Position numbers and translations under genes: made by a program. The notes below the pieces were generated by a model that saw nothing but the letters and a program-made list of their open reading frames with translations, did no database searches and was not told the origin of the DNA. A stretch of 64,000 nt of DNA from positions 76,554 through 140,553 of the forward strand of contig CAKSUT010000002.1 of NCBI GenBank assembly GCA_934502885.1. The letters are read 5' to 3'. Every line of letters starts with the position of its first letter. Within the stretch, counting starts at the first letter, position 1. Source of the stretch: an uncultured Eubacteriales bacterium (GTDB lineage Bacteria; Bacillota; Clostridia; Oscillospirales; CAG-382). Below, one piece after another: positions 27,539 through 37,113 of this stretch.

Positions 27539-28707
27539 TTGTTCCCCTCACTTTCGTTCTTGCCTTTCTTCTGCGGTTGCTCCTTATATGGGCTTCCCTC
27601 GCAGCTGATACCGTCGCAGCCCGGTTTGCAGGGCATTCCGGAGCAGTCGAGTCCGAGTCCCGTCTGGCTTCTCGTTTCGGAGTTCTTATTCACAAAAAAC
27701 CAGTTGAGAATGAAGATAACGAGAGCGGAGGCTATAATCGAGATGCCGCCGAGTATTTTACCGTCGATTATGAGTATTGCGGAGGTACCGAGAATTGCGC
27801 ATATTGCGTAGAGAATCATTACCGACTGCTTCTGATTGAAGCCCATATCGATAAGTCTGTGGTGGATATGACCTCTGTCCGCTGAGAAAGGACTCTTGCC
27901 CTTTGCCATGCGGCGGATAAAGGCGAATGCCGTATCGAAAAGCGGAACGGCGAACACGATAAAGGGTATGCAGAACGACACAACGGCATGGAACTTAAAG
28001 AAGCCCTGTATCGATATTATCGCAAGAGTAAAGCCCAAGAACATCGAGCCTGTGTCTCCCATGAATATCTTTGCCGGGTTGAAGTTGAACGGCAGAAAAC
28101 CGATACAGCTTCCGGCAAGAATACCCGTCATAAGAATAACGGTGAGCGTTGCTTCATCGACAAAGAATGATGCGAGGAGCATCGAACACGCCGAAATTGC
28201 CGACACGCCGCAGGAAAGACCGTCAAGACCGTCGATGAGGTTCGTGGCGTTTATGAGAAACACTATCCAGAACACTGTGAGCGGTATCGAAAACGAGCCG
28301 AATTCGAGGTTTTTGCCCAAAAATGTAATTCGTGTCATAACATTGCCGGAGCAGGCAGCGACCGTTGCGGAGATTATCTGAAGTCCGAGCTTCAGAAAGG
28401 CGTTGAGAGAGTATATATCATCAAGTATTCCCGTGACTATCAGAAGTATTCCGCCGCCTATCATACCGACCATCGGCACGGAAAGGTCGCAGAACACAAG
28501 GCAGGTCACGATAAAGCCTATGAATATCGCAAGTCCACCCATTCTCGGAACAGGTTCTTTGTGCATTCTTCTGCCGTCTTTCGGCACGTCAACCGCGCCG
28601 AGCTTAAAAGCAAGAACTCTTGCTATCGGAGTTGTGGTAAAGGTTATCAGGAATGCGCAGAGCATGGCTGTGAGCAACACCACAATGTTTTGCACCGTCA
28701 AATTCAT
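27535..28707 (-). CDS. tagO: Undecaprenyl-phosphate GlcNAc-1-phosphate transferase (MraY/WecA/TagO family) with Cys-rich tail
   Basis: Polytopic membrane protein with the family blocks ILDDIY, NLIDGLDGL and FMGDTGS. Its stop overlaps the mnaA start (ATGA). The tail reads ...DCSGMPCKPGCDGISCEGS... Confidence 0.8.
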   Translation of the reverse strand: MNLTVQNIVVLLTAMLCAFLITFTTTPIARVLAFKLGAVDVPKDGRRMHKEPVPRMGGLAIFIGFIVTCLVFCDLSVPMVGMIGGGILLIVTGILDDIYSLNAFLKLGLQIISATVAACSGNVMTRITFLGKNLEFGSFSIPLTVFWIVFLINATNLIDGLDGLSCGVSAISACSMLLASFFVDEATLTVILMTGILAGSCIGFLPFNFNPAKIFMGDTGSMFLGFTLAIISIQGFFKFHAVVSFCIPFIVFAVPLFDTAFAFIRRMAKGKSPFSADRGHIHHRLIDMGFNQKQSVMILYAICAILGTSAILIIDGKILGGISIIASALVIFILNWFFVNKNSETRSQTGLGLDCSGMPCKPGCDGISCEGSPYKEQPQKKGKNESEGNK

Positions 28708-28747
28708 TTTTTCGTCCTTTTCCTTTCATCGGAGGTTATCTGTCCGA

Positions 28748-29782
28748 TTATTTTACGCTGTAAAATCCGACCTTGCGGTAAACCTTTGTGAGCATCTTTC
28801 TCGCAAGGTAACGCGCCTTGTCTGCGCCGTCCTTCATTACGTCCTCAAGGTATGCCTTGTCTGCGACAATCTTCGCATACTCTGTTCTTATCGGTTCGAG
28901 AGCGTCCGCGCAGGTTTCGCCCACGGCAAGCTTGAAGTCGCCGTAGCCCTTGCCGTCAAACTCACGCTCTATCTCATCATAGGTCTTTCCGGTAAGTGCG
29001 GAGTAAATATTCATGAGGTTGTTTATGCCGTCCTTGCCTTCGGCGTACTTAACGACGCTGTCGGAGTCGGTCACGGCGCGCTTGATTTTCTTTATTGTCT
29101 CGTCTCTCTTTTCGATTATGCCGACGTATGCGCCCGGGTTGGGATCGGACTTACTCATTTTCTTTGTGGGGTCAAGGAGAGAATTTATCTTCATGCCTGT
29201 CTTGGGAATGTAGGGTTCGGGAATAACGAAGGTATCACCGTAAATGCCGTTGAAGCGTCCTGCGATGTCACGTGTTATCTCAACGTGCTGTTTCTGGTCG
29301 ATGCCGACGGGAACAAGGTGTGCGCCGTAAAGAAGAATATCGGACGCCATGAGCACGGGATACGTGAAGAGTCCGGCGTTTATGTTGTCGGCGTGCTTCT
29401 GGGACTTATCCTTAAACTGCGTCATTCTCGAAAGCTCTCCGAACATTGTGTTGCAGCTAAGCACCCATGCAAGCTCTGTGTGCGCCGGAACATGGCTCTG
29501 CACGAACATAACGCTCTTTTTCGGGTCAATGCCGCAGGCAATGTAAAGCGCCAACGTTTCGAGAGTTCTGCGGCGAAGATCCGCCGGGGTCTGTCTTACG
29601 GTTATCGCATGGAGGTCAACCACGCAGTAGATACAGTCGTAGTCATCCTGAAGTCCGACCCAATTCTTTATTGCGCCGAGGTAATTTCCGAGAGTGAGAA
29701 GTCCGCTCGGCTGTACACCGGAGAAAATTCTCTTTTTCTGTTCGGTCGTTTCGACCGCTTCATTCTTGATTTCTTCTGTCAT
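28748..29782 (-). CDS. trpS: Tryptophan--tRNA ligase
   Basis: Class I motifs: SGVQPSGLLTLGNYLGA and KMSKS (KKMSKSD). Length is 344 aa. Confidence 0.95.
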   Translation of the reverse strand: MTEEIKNEAVETTEQKKRIFSGVQPSGLLTLGNYLGAIKNWVGLQDDYDCIYCVVDLHAITVRQTPADLRRRTLETLALYIACGIDPKKSVMFVQSHVPAHTELAWVLSCNTMFGELSRMTQFKDKSQKHADNINAGLFTYPVLMASDILLYGAHLVPVGIDQKQHVEITRDIAGRFNGIYGDTFVIPEPYIPKTGMKINSLLDPTKKMSKSDPNPGAYVGIIEKRDETIKKIKRAVTDSDSVVKYAEGKDGINNLMNIYSALTGKTYDEIEREFDGKGYGDFKLAVGETCADALEPIRTEYAKIVADKAYLEDVMKDGADKARYLARKMLTKVYRKVGFYSVK

Positions 29783-29792
29783 TTCGCATTCC

Positions 29793-30986
29793 TCATTCTT
29801 TAATATGATTTCTGAGTACGTCGGCGATTATTCCGACGCCCTTTACTATCTGTTCGTCCGTCGGTGTTGAGTAGTTCATTCTGAAGGAAAGGCTCTTTCC
29901 GCTCTCGTCGGGAAGGAAGGTAGCCCCCGGCACAACCGCAACCTCGTGAGCCACAGTATCCTTGATGAAAGAGTCGGCGTCGGTTCCGTCCGGAAGCGTT
30001 ACCCACAGGAAGAGTCCGCCCTCGGGGCGTGTAAACTTCACGCTCTTCGGGAACTTTTTGTCCATTTCCGAAAGCATAAGCGACGACTTTTCACGGTAGA
30101 GCTTTCTTATTTCGGCGATATGAGCGTCGAGGTCGTATCTCTCGATATACTTTGAGCAGAGCATCTGGAAGAAAAGGTTCGTGTGAACGTCGTTCGTCTG
30201 CTTTATTACGACCACCTTGGATATAAGGTCGCGGTGTCCGCAGAGGAAGCCTATTCTCATGCCGGAGGAAAGAATCTTCGAGAAAGAGCTGCAATAGATA
30301 ACGATACCCTCATCGTCCATGCTCTTTATCGTGGGGACGTCCTCTCCCGCAAAGCGAAGCTCTCCGTAGGGGTTATCCTCGAGTATCGGCACGCCGTACT
30401 TCTTCGCAAGAGCAAGCACCGCTCTTCTCTTTTCGAGAGACATTGTGATTCCCGACGGATTCTGGAAAGTCGGGATAAGGTATATCATCTTTGCGTTCTT
30501 GTTTTCGGAGAGCGCTTTTTCGAGACCCTCGACCGATATTCCGTCGTCCTCGACATCAACTCCGACAAGCTTTGCACCGGTTGAACGGAAAGCATTGAGT
30601 GCTCCTATGAAGCTCGGATTCTCACAGATAACGACATCCCCCTCGTTGCAAAGCACCTTGCACGTGAGGTCTATACCCTGCTGACCGCCGGTGACGATTA
30701 TCGTTTCGTCGAAGTCGCGTCCTATACCGAATTTTTCTTTCATGCGCGCCTCAACCTGACGCCGAAGAGGCGTGTAGCCCTCGGTTATGCCGTACTGGAG
30801 TGCAATGCCGGCTTCCTTTTCAAATATTTCGTCGGCAAGCACATGAAGCTCCTCAACCGGGAACGACTTTACATTGGGATTACCTGCGGCAAACGAAATC
30901 ACGTTCGGATTTGTGAGCGACTTGAATATTTCTCTTATAGCGGACGGTTTGAGTCCCGAAACCTTATCCGAAAACTTGAATTGCAT
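29793..30986 (-). CDS. PLP-dependent aminotransferase (class I/II fold)
   Basis: LKPSAIREIF, AAGNP and the PLP-lysine block SSFSKILSSGMRIGF are present. Confidence 0.85.
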   Translation of the reverse strand: MQFKFSDKVSGLKPSAIREIFKSLTNPNVISFAAGNPNVKSFPVEELHVLADEIFEKEAGIALQYGITEGYTPLRRQVEARMKEKFGIGRDFDETIIVTGGQQGIDLTCKVLCNEGDVVICENPSFIGALNAFRSTGAKLVGVDVEDDGISVEGLEKALSENKNAKMIYLIPTFQNPSGITMSLEKRRAVLALAKKYGVPILEDNPYGELRFAGEDVPTIKSMDDEGIVIYCSSFSKILSSGMRIGFLCGHRDLISKVVVIKQTNDVHTNLFFQMLCSKYIERYDLDAHIAEIRKLYREKSSLMLSEMDKKFPKSVKFTRPEGGLFLWVTLPDGTDADSFIKDTVAHEVAVVPGATFLPDESGKSLSFRMNYSTPTDEQIVKGVGIIADVLRNHIKE

Positions 30987-31052
30987 TTTATCTCTGTCCT
31001 TTCTCTTTGCATTCGCAAACGCACACAGCGTTATGCACAGATATTCTTATAC

Positions 31053-31081
31053 ATTGTAGCACAAAGGGCGTAAAAAGTCAA
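31053..31081 (-). promoter_or_regulatory. Sigma-A-type promoter (extended -10) for the aminotransferase-trpS-tagO-mnaA string
   Basis: Minus strand: TTGACT (31076-31081), a 17-nt spacer, then TGcTACAAT (-10 at 31053-31058). Confidence 0.55.
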
Positions 31082-31202
31082 TACCGACACACAAAAAGTT
31101 ACGAATACACGCAAATTAACCGCATTTTAATATGCCGTAAAACCTCCTCACTATTTCGGGCAGAGTGCAAATCTCCCCTATTTTGAAAAGCCGTCAGCAC
31201 GA

Positions 31203-31241
31203 ATATAAAAATTCCGCCTGCCGACGTGAATCGACAGACGG
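31203..31241 (-). terminator. Rho-independent terminator after the SLH protein gene
   Basis: Minus strand: CCGUCUGUCG-AUUCACGU-CGGCAGGCGG (two G-U pairs) followed by AAUUUUUAUAUU. Confidence 0.7.
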
Positions 31242-31264
31242 AAAAAGGATGGTATGGTGTTGGC

Positions 31265-34200
31265 TTATTTAGCGTAGTAGAAAATATTCTTGCCGTCGCT
31301 CTTGAATACCTTGTCGAGATATGCAGGGATAAGTCCGTTGAACGGAACATATGCGTTTGAATATCTGAACATTGCCTTACCCTTTGTCTGGATGAAGGTG
31401 TTGCCCTTGAATTCCGCCGCTTCGTCGCCGCCTGCCTCAAGGATAAAGAGCTGATGTGTGGAACGGTCAAATACATTGCCGCTGATTACGAAGTTTGCGG
31501 TATCAACAGCGCCTCCGCTTCTGATGTGAGAGGGAGCGGTCTTGTCGGGACGGGTAAAGCCGAAGCCTTCGCCTGCGTAGCGGCAGATGTTATCCGTGTA
31601 AGCGATATTGACCTGATATCTTGTCGTACCTTCCCTTGCACGGATGAAATGCTCTATGGAGTATACGCAACGGAGAATAACGTTGTCCTTGTAGGTTACA
31701 TTCTTCATAATGAAGTCACCTTCTGTTTCATGAGACACCTGATGCGTTACGCCTGCGTCATAAACCTGATCGATGTAGCAGTTGGAAACGGTATAGTCAG
31801 TTGCGCCGCCGTAAATCTCAACGGCATTTCCGAATCTTACAGCACCCTCGTTGTAGTTTTGGAGTGCACCGCCAATCCACCAGAATTCACAGTTTTGGAC
31901 GGTAAGACCCTCGCATGTGCCTGCACCGACTCCGTGGCTTCCGCCGTATGCAATGCATAGATTATCAAAGGTAATGTTATTTCCTGCGGAGAATACATTG
32001 TTTCTTCTGTTGAACTCGATGTTGGTAAATCTCTCTGCAGGGTTGCCGGAAGTAGAGCAGAGGTAAATGTAACCTGTATCGTTTGTCGCTTCAACTCTCT
32101 TTCCGCCAAGGTCATGGAAGAATTCAAGATCCTTCTTAAGATCCTTGTAACCTGTTACGGCATTGGGTCCGTCGTAAAGAGTCTTCTGAGCGATGAGACT
32201 GTGATCGCCGCCGTTGAACACGATCTGTCCGACGTCATCCGCTATTCTTTCGCTGTACTTGTAAACATTGGGTGTATCGGTCTGCTCCCACTTGCCGGTA
32301 ACTGCGCCGTCGAAGGGAGAACCGTAGAACTTAGGCTTGTCGCCCTCGCCGTATGCGGAATATGTGATACCGCTTTTTGCACGGAACTTGACATCTCTCC
32401 AGAGGTCGCCTCTCTTGAAGTATACGACGCTTCCCTTGGTCATTGTAACAGCGGAAAGCTTGGCGAGAGTCTTCCAAGCGGTAGCCTCGGTGAGACCGTC
32501 GTTGGAGTCGTTACCCGTGCTTGCAGATACATAGTATGCCTTGCCGTCGCCTGTAGGCTTTACTTCGGTCTTTGTCGCTTTTATCTCGGCGATTCTGTCC
32601 TCGGTCTTCTTGTCGAGAGCCGCGAGAACGTCGTCGGGAATTGTTTCAAATTCGGAAGCACCCTCAACGCCGTCTGTGAGAGTACCCTTTTCAAAGTCGA
32701 TTGTTACTGCTTTTTCGGCACCCTCAAACTTATATGTGCCGTCATCAGCCGTGCCTGTGATCTTCTTGCCGTCAGCCGCCGTAACCTTGATAACGACATA
32801 ATCGGGCTTCTGCTCAACTACGGTAACGCTTCCCTCGCCCTTAGCGGTGAAGGTGTAGTCGGCAACCTCTTCGCCGGGAGTGTATAAGCGTTCGCCGCCT
32901 ACAGTACCGAGAAGTCTCTTGCCTCTGATTTCGCAGAATTCGAGACTCTTGCCGGCGGTAGCGCCTGTGAAATCAGCACCGCTTTCGATTATGACTGCCG
33001 TTCCGGTGCAGTGTGTGGGCTTCTTTGCGTCGCCCTTGCCGGTGCCGGAGATTCCATTCCATATGCCGCCTCTTACGAGTACGTTGGAGTAAGCTTCGGT
33101 GACGCCTTCCTTGATGTAATTTACCGTACCGCCGAGGTCGAAGGCAGAGCCGCCGTAGATGTTTACGTATGTGCTCTTCTCGCCACTCTTGACGCAGACG
33201 ATATCTTTACCGAAAATAACGTTTCTGTTGTCGCAGTAGATGGACGCATTGGCACCCTCTGACATAATGGTGAGGTTATCAAAAATCGTGTCGCATCCGG
33301 GGATCAGGTTCTTCCAAGTCGGGAAGATAATCATTGCTTCGTTAGTTTCTCTGTAGTCAACGCCGCCATAAACGCTCGTTATCATGAGCTTCTTTTTACC
33401 GCCGGTGGAGATATTTGCGCCAAGCCTAAACTGACCGCAGACAACAACCGTACCCTCATCATCGCCGATAATCTTGCGTGCAGCACCGAAGTCGGGTACT
33501 GCCTTATCGGGAGAAGAACCGTCGTTTGACGCATTGCCCTTTATACCGTCGAGATATACAACCTTGCCATCGACCTTATACTCAACCTTGCCCGTACCCT
33601 TGGGGTTATCGATCGTGGGAGTATAGTCAACGCCGCCTGCCGCAACGACTATCTGGAAGTATGCCCAGTGGCCTTCGGGGACGTCGCTGAAGGTAAGGCG
33701 CTTGTTCTTGTTGAGGATTGATGCGGAATCATATACGCCGCATACTCTGTTGATAACGGCGACAACCTCCGCACGGGTTATTGTCTTGTCTGGGCGGAAT
33801 GTGCCGTCGTTATAGCCGTTTACAAGCTTATTCGAGGACGCAGCCATGATTGCGTCGTAGTACTTGTGAGTCTCCGGAACGTCGGAAAAGCTTTGAGCTC
33901 CAGACTTTATCTCAATGCTTGCCGACTTGTTTATAATCGAAACAAACTCCGCTCTCGTGATTGCGCGGTTGGGGTCAAAGTTTTCAAAGGAATCGTAGAA
34001 TCCGAACTCTTCGAGATATGCTATGGTGTTGAAGAACCAGTCGTCGGACTTCACGTTCTCAAACTTTGTCTCTGTGTACTCCTTGGAAACATCGGTCTTA
34101 TCGCAGAGTCTCACGATAATCGTGGATGCCTCGGCTATGGTGATATTCTTGGAGGGCTTGAAGGTGCCGTCGCTGTAGCCGGTCATATAAGTCGAAGCGA

Positions 34201-35215
34201 GAGTCATGAGCATCCTCGGTTTGAGAAGCTCCTTCTCAGCATTTGCGTTGACATCGGACTCAACGAACTTTACTGCCGCATTGAGGTTCTTTATCTCAGT
34301 CTTGCCGTTTGCAACAACAGTACCGTCAATCTCCGCACCGTAGCCCTTGTCGGCGAGAACGTAGAACTCCCCCTTCGCTGCGAGAGGAATTATGTAGCCC
34401 TGAGTGCCGGTTACCGTCATGGTGTTGTCAACGGTTTCTTCGCAAGCGGCTCCGTTATAGCTTATGAAAAGCTTTGTGCCGGAAATCTCCCAAGCCGCAC
34501 TTCCGGAAAAATACGTCTTTTCCTTGTCTTTGCTGTTTGTACACTCAAATCCGTCACCGAGTGCAAGACGTGCGTCAATCGTGGGACGAGGCTTGTCGTC
34601 CGAACCCTTACCGGAGGCTTTTATTAACCCGAATGAACCGGAAAGGACGGTTATTGAGGAGTTTGCCGGGAAGTTCTTAGAGTCGGAAAGGTCGAATGCG
34701 GAGCCACCGTAAACATTGAGTTTCCCATCACCCTTTGTCTCTATGCCGTAACCCATAACAACAGGATGATGATCGGCATAAACCGAGTTATTATTTCCGA
34801 CAACCTCGATAACCATATTTTCGAAAAGAAATGCATTATGAAGAGTGAGGTTTTTCCAGTTCTCTGGGAATCTGAGACACCCCTTATTCCTGTAATCATT
34901 TCCGTCGTAAACGGAGGTAATCTTCACTACAGCCCCGGAATCGGCACTTCCTATTCCGGTGTTACCGGTAATCTCAACGGGACCCGTGAGTACCACTGTG
35001 CCGCCGCCTGCATTCGCAACCGCCCGTATTGCGGTAACAAACGACTTTGCAGGTTTGTCGGGTGTCGCACCGCCTGTTGCCGTACCGTTTTCGCCGTCAA
35101 CATAGACGACTGTCATGCCGGTCACGGTCGATATTGACGACGCCGGAAGAGTAAATGTCGCAAGCAATCCCACTGAAATAATCACAGCGAGAACAAGTGA
35201 TGTAAGTCTTTTCAT
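31265..35215 (-). CDS. 1316-aa secreted cell-wall protein: duplicated N-module, three central SLH repeats, C-terminal right-handed beta-helix-like domain
   Basis: Signal peptide MKRLTSLVLAVIISVGLLATFTLPASS. SLH repeats occupy aa about 335-530 (MTGYSDGTFKPSKNITIAEAS; ITRAEFVSII; VNGYNDGTFRPDKTITRAEVV). A C-terminal AYYVSASTGNDSNDGLTEATAWKTL... region is pectate-lyase-fold-like. Confidence 0.85.
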   Translation of the reverse strand: MKRLTSLVLAVIISVGLLATFTLPASSISTVTGMTVVYVDGENGTATGGATPDKPAKSFVTAIRAVANAGGGTVVLTGPVEITGNTGIGSADSGAVVKITSVYDGNDYRNKGCLRFPENWKNLTLHNAFLFENMVIEVVGNNNSVYADHHPVVMGYGIETKGDGKLNVYGGSAFDLSDSKNFPANSSITVLSGSFGLIKASGKGSDDKPRPTIDARLALGDGFECTNSKDKEKTYFSGSAAWEISGTKLFISYNGAACEETVDNTMTVTGTQGYIIPLAAKGEFYVLADKGYGAEIDGTVVANGKTEIKNLNAAVKFVESDVNANAEKELLKPRMLMTLASTYMTGYSDGTFKPSKNITIAEASTIIVRLCDKTDVSKEYTETKFENVKSDDWFFNTIAYLEEFGFYDSFENFDPNRAITRAEFVSIINKSASIEIKSGAQSFSDVPETHKYYDAIMAASSNKLVNGYNDGTFRPDKTITRAEVVAVINRVCGVYDSASILNKNKRLTFSDVPEGHWAYFQIVVAAGGVDYTPTIDNPKGTGKVEYKVDGKVVYLDGIKGNASNDGSSPDKAVPDFGAARKIIGDDEGTVVVCGQFRLGANISTGGKKKLMITSVYGGVDYRETNEAMIIFPTWKNLIPGCDTIFDNLTIMSEGANASIYCDNRNVIFGKDIVCVKSGEKSTYVNIYGGSAFDLGGTVNYIKEGVTEAYSNVLVRGGIWNGISGTGKGDAKKPTHCTGTAVIIESGADFTGATAGKSLEFCEIRGKRLLGTVGGERLYTPGEEVADYTFTAKGEGSVTVVEQKPDYVVIKVTAADGKKITGTADDGTYKFEGAEKAVTIDFEKGTLTDGVEGASEFETIPDDVLAALDKKTEDRIAEIKATKTEVKPTGDGKAYYVSASTGNDSNDGLTEATAWKTLAKLSAVTMTKGSVVYFKRGDLWRDVKFRAKSGITYSAYGEGDKPKFYGSPFDGAVTGKWEQTDTPNVYKYSERIADDVGQIVFNGGDHSLIAQKTLYDGPNAVTGYKDLKKDLEFFHDLGGKRVEATNDTGYIYLCSTSGNPAERFTNIEFNRRNNVFSAGNNITFDNLCIAYGGSHGVGAGTCEGLTVQNCEFWWIGGALQNYNEGAVRFGNAVEIYGGATDYTVSNCYIDQVYDAGVTHQVSHETEGDFIMKNVTYKDNVILRCVYSIEHFIRAREGTTRYQVNIAYTDNICRYAGEGFGFTRPDKTAPSHIRSGGAVDTANFVISGNVFDRSTHQLFILEAGGDEAAEFKGNTFIQTKGKAMFRYSNAYVPFNGLIPAYLDKVFKSDGKNIFYYAK

Positions 35216-35271
35216 ATTTTCCTCCTTAAGATACTCTGCAACTTGCAGTATTCCTATTGGCTTACGGTTAT

Positions 35272-35300
35272 ATTTTACACTATTTGCACAACTTTGTCAA
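35272..35300 (-). promoter_or_regulatory. Sigma-A-type promoter for the SLH protein gene
   Basis: Minus strand: TTGACA (35295-35300), a 17-nt spacer, then TAAAAT (35272-35277). Confidence 0.6.
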
Positions 35301-35415
35301 CAGCTAAAGCAAAGAAAAAATATCATAAAGCAATAAAAATTAGGGTAAGATTTGCTTTTCCAACAAACATTATTTTTAAGCCATAGAAAAATTTCCGTTG
35401 TTTTTGTCTATACTG

Positions 35416-35458
35416 CACAAAAAGAAAAGGTGCAAGCCTCCTTTCAGACTCCCACCTT
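35416..35458 (-). terminator. Rho-independent terminator after the DUF1294 gene
   Basis: Minus strand: AAGGUG...CACCUU outer stem with an inner GAGUC/GGCUU pairing, followed by UUUCUUUUUGUG. Confidence 0.55.
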
Positions 35459-35462
35459 TATG

Positions 35463-35801
35463 TCAAAGCTTAATTGTTCCGTTCTTCACGAGAAACCATA
35501 CTATGCACGCCTGAACAGCCATTATAAACGGTATGCCGAAGACAAAGCTTACGTGCTTTATTTTGTGTCTGAAGGCGTACATTCCGACAATCATGCCGAT
35601 AGAGCCGCCGAAAAACGACAAAACGAAGAAGTCCTTCTCGGGAACACGCTCCTTTCCGAGAATTGCCGAAAGTTTATCGTGTCGGCAAAGAAAGAAGACG
35701 TAGACGTTCATTATAACGAGGTATACAATCACCGCACCTTTCAGCGGATTTGCCTCCATAAAGCTTGCAAACGGCTCGATAAATTCAAGAAATGCGCTCA
35801 T
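35463..35801 (-). CDS. DUF1294-family small membrane protein
   Basis: RVPEKDFFVLSFFGGSIGMIVGMYAFRHKIKH matches the DUF1294 core (R-[IV]-PE ... GG..G ... FRHK). Confidence 0.6.
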   Translation of the reverse strand: MSAFLEFIEPFASFMEANPLKGAVIVYLVIMNVYVFFLCRHDKLSAILGKERVPEKDFFVLSFFGGSIGMIVGMYAFRHKIKHVSFVFGIPFIMAVQACIVWFLVKNGTIKL

Positions 35802-35841
35802 TATTTACGACACCTTTCTTCGGTTTCACCACCGGTGTGCA

Positions 35842-37086
35842 TCACACTCCGCTTACGATATCCCCCGGGTAAAGTTCAAAGGGAGCGGCAATCGAGTAGC
35901 GCATTTTCGGGTGCGGTGCGCACTCTATCTTTTCGCCGTTTTCGTCGCGAAGATCAGAAAGCACAATATCACAAAAACCCTTGCCTGGCGAAATAACTCT
36001 TGCGTGTTCTCCCTCGGAGACCTTGTTTCTCTGTAAAAGTACGGCACGTCCGGTCTCTTTGTCGAAGCTCTCGACTGTGGCAAGGTACGCCTTGTCTCTT
36101 ATGTAGCCGCCCTCGCCCCAGATCTGCGCATTGTCGAGAGGACTTGTGTAGAAGTAACCCGTGCAGTAGCCTCTGTGGCTAACGCTCTCCACCTCTTCGA
36201 GAGATTTGGTGTCGAACACGTAACCGTCGGGGTCGGCAAGATAGGAGTTCAGCTCGTTTTTGTAAGCATTTGCGGTGATTGCCGTGTAGTATGCGCTCTT
36301 TACCCTGCCCTCTATTTTGAAGCTGTCGATTCCGGCTTTCACGAGGTCGGGGATATGCTCTATCATGCACATATCGTTTGAGCTGAACATAAAAGTGCCG
36401 TGTTCGTTCTGCACCGCCTCGAAGCTTCGCTCGGGCTTTCCCGTTTCGTGGATTTCGGCGGTTATTTCTTTTGCGTCATACTCCCAGCGGCAGGGCTGTG
36501 CGCAAGCTCCTCTGTTTGCGTCTCTGCCGATGAAGTAGTTCGACAGGAGGCATCTTCCGGAGTGGGAAACACACATCGCGCCGTGTACGAACGCTTCAAG
36601 CTCAAGCTCCGGCGGTATCTCACTTCTTATCTCGGCAATTTCGGCAAGCGAAAGCTCTCTTGCAAGGACTACCCTCGTCGCGCCGAGTTCGTACCATGCG
36701 CGGCACGCGGCGGCGTTGAGGGTATTCGCCTGAGTTGAGATGTGGATATCGACGTTCGGTGCGTACTTTTTTGCCATTGAGAATACGCCGATATCGGAAA
36801 TTATGAGTGCGTCGGGGGCTATTTCGCCGAGATAAGCAAGATACTCACGCAGAGCCTTTTCCTCGCTCGGGCGGGGCATGATGTTGACTGTGACGTAAAC
36901 CTTGACGCCCTTGCCGTGCGCGTACTCGATCGCCGCCGCAAGCTCTTCGTCGGTGAAGTTGTCCGATGCCGTTCTCATACCGAAGCTCTTCCCGGCGAGG
37001 TACACGGCGTCAGCACCGTAAAGTATGGCGAAGCGCATTTTTTCAAAATTGCCGGCAGGTGCCAGAATTTCCGGTCGTTTTATCAT
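35842..37086 (-). CDS. Peptidase U32 family protein
   Basis: N-terminal block PEILAPAGNFEKMRFAILYGADAVYLAG and the Cys-containing CxxxGRC-like region CVSHSGRCLLSNY are present. Confidence 0.85.
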   Translation of the reverse strand: MIKRPEILAPAGNFEKMRFAILYGADAVYLAGKSFGMRTASDNFTDEELAAAIEYAHGKGVKVYVTVNIMPRPSEEKALREYLAYLGEIAPDALIISDIGVFSMAKKYAPNVDIHISTQANTLNAAACRAWYELGATRVVLARELSLAEIAEIRSEIPPELELEAFVHGAMCVSHSGRCLLSNYFIGRDANRGACAQPCRWEYDAKEITAEIHETGKPERSFEAVQNEHGTFMFSSNDMCMIEHIPDLVKAGIDSFKIEGRVKSAYYTAITANAYKNELNSYLADPDGYVFDTKSLEEVESVSHRGYCTGYFYTSPLDNAQIWGEGGYIRDKAYLATVESFDKETGRAVLLQRNKVSEGEHARVISPGKGFCDIVLSDLRDENGEKIECAPHPKMRYSIAAPFELYPGDIVSGV

Positions 37087-37113
37087 CTTTTTACCTTTCG
37101 TTTTCGCGCGGTC

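Noticed and set aside
29783-31200. I looked for a T-box leader or other riboswitch upstream of trpS.
   Set aside because: trpS starts 10 nt after the aminotransferase stop, so it has no leader of its own. The region upstream of the aminotransferase holds a promoter and a 5' UTR of about 65 nt. It has no T-box sequence (AGGGUGGNACCGCG-like) and no terminator/antiterminator pair.
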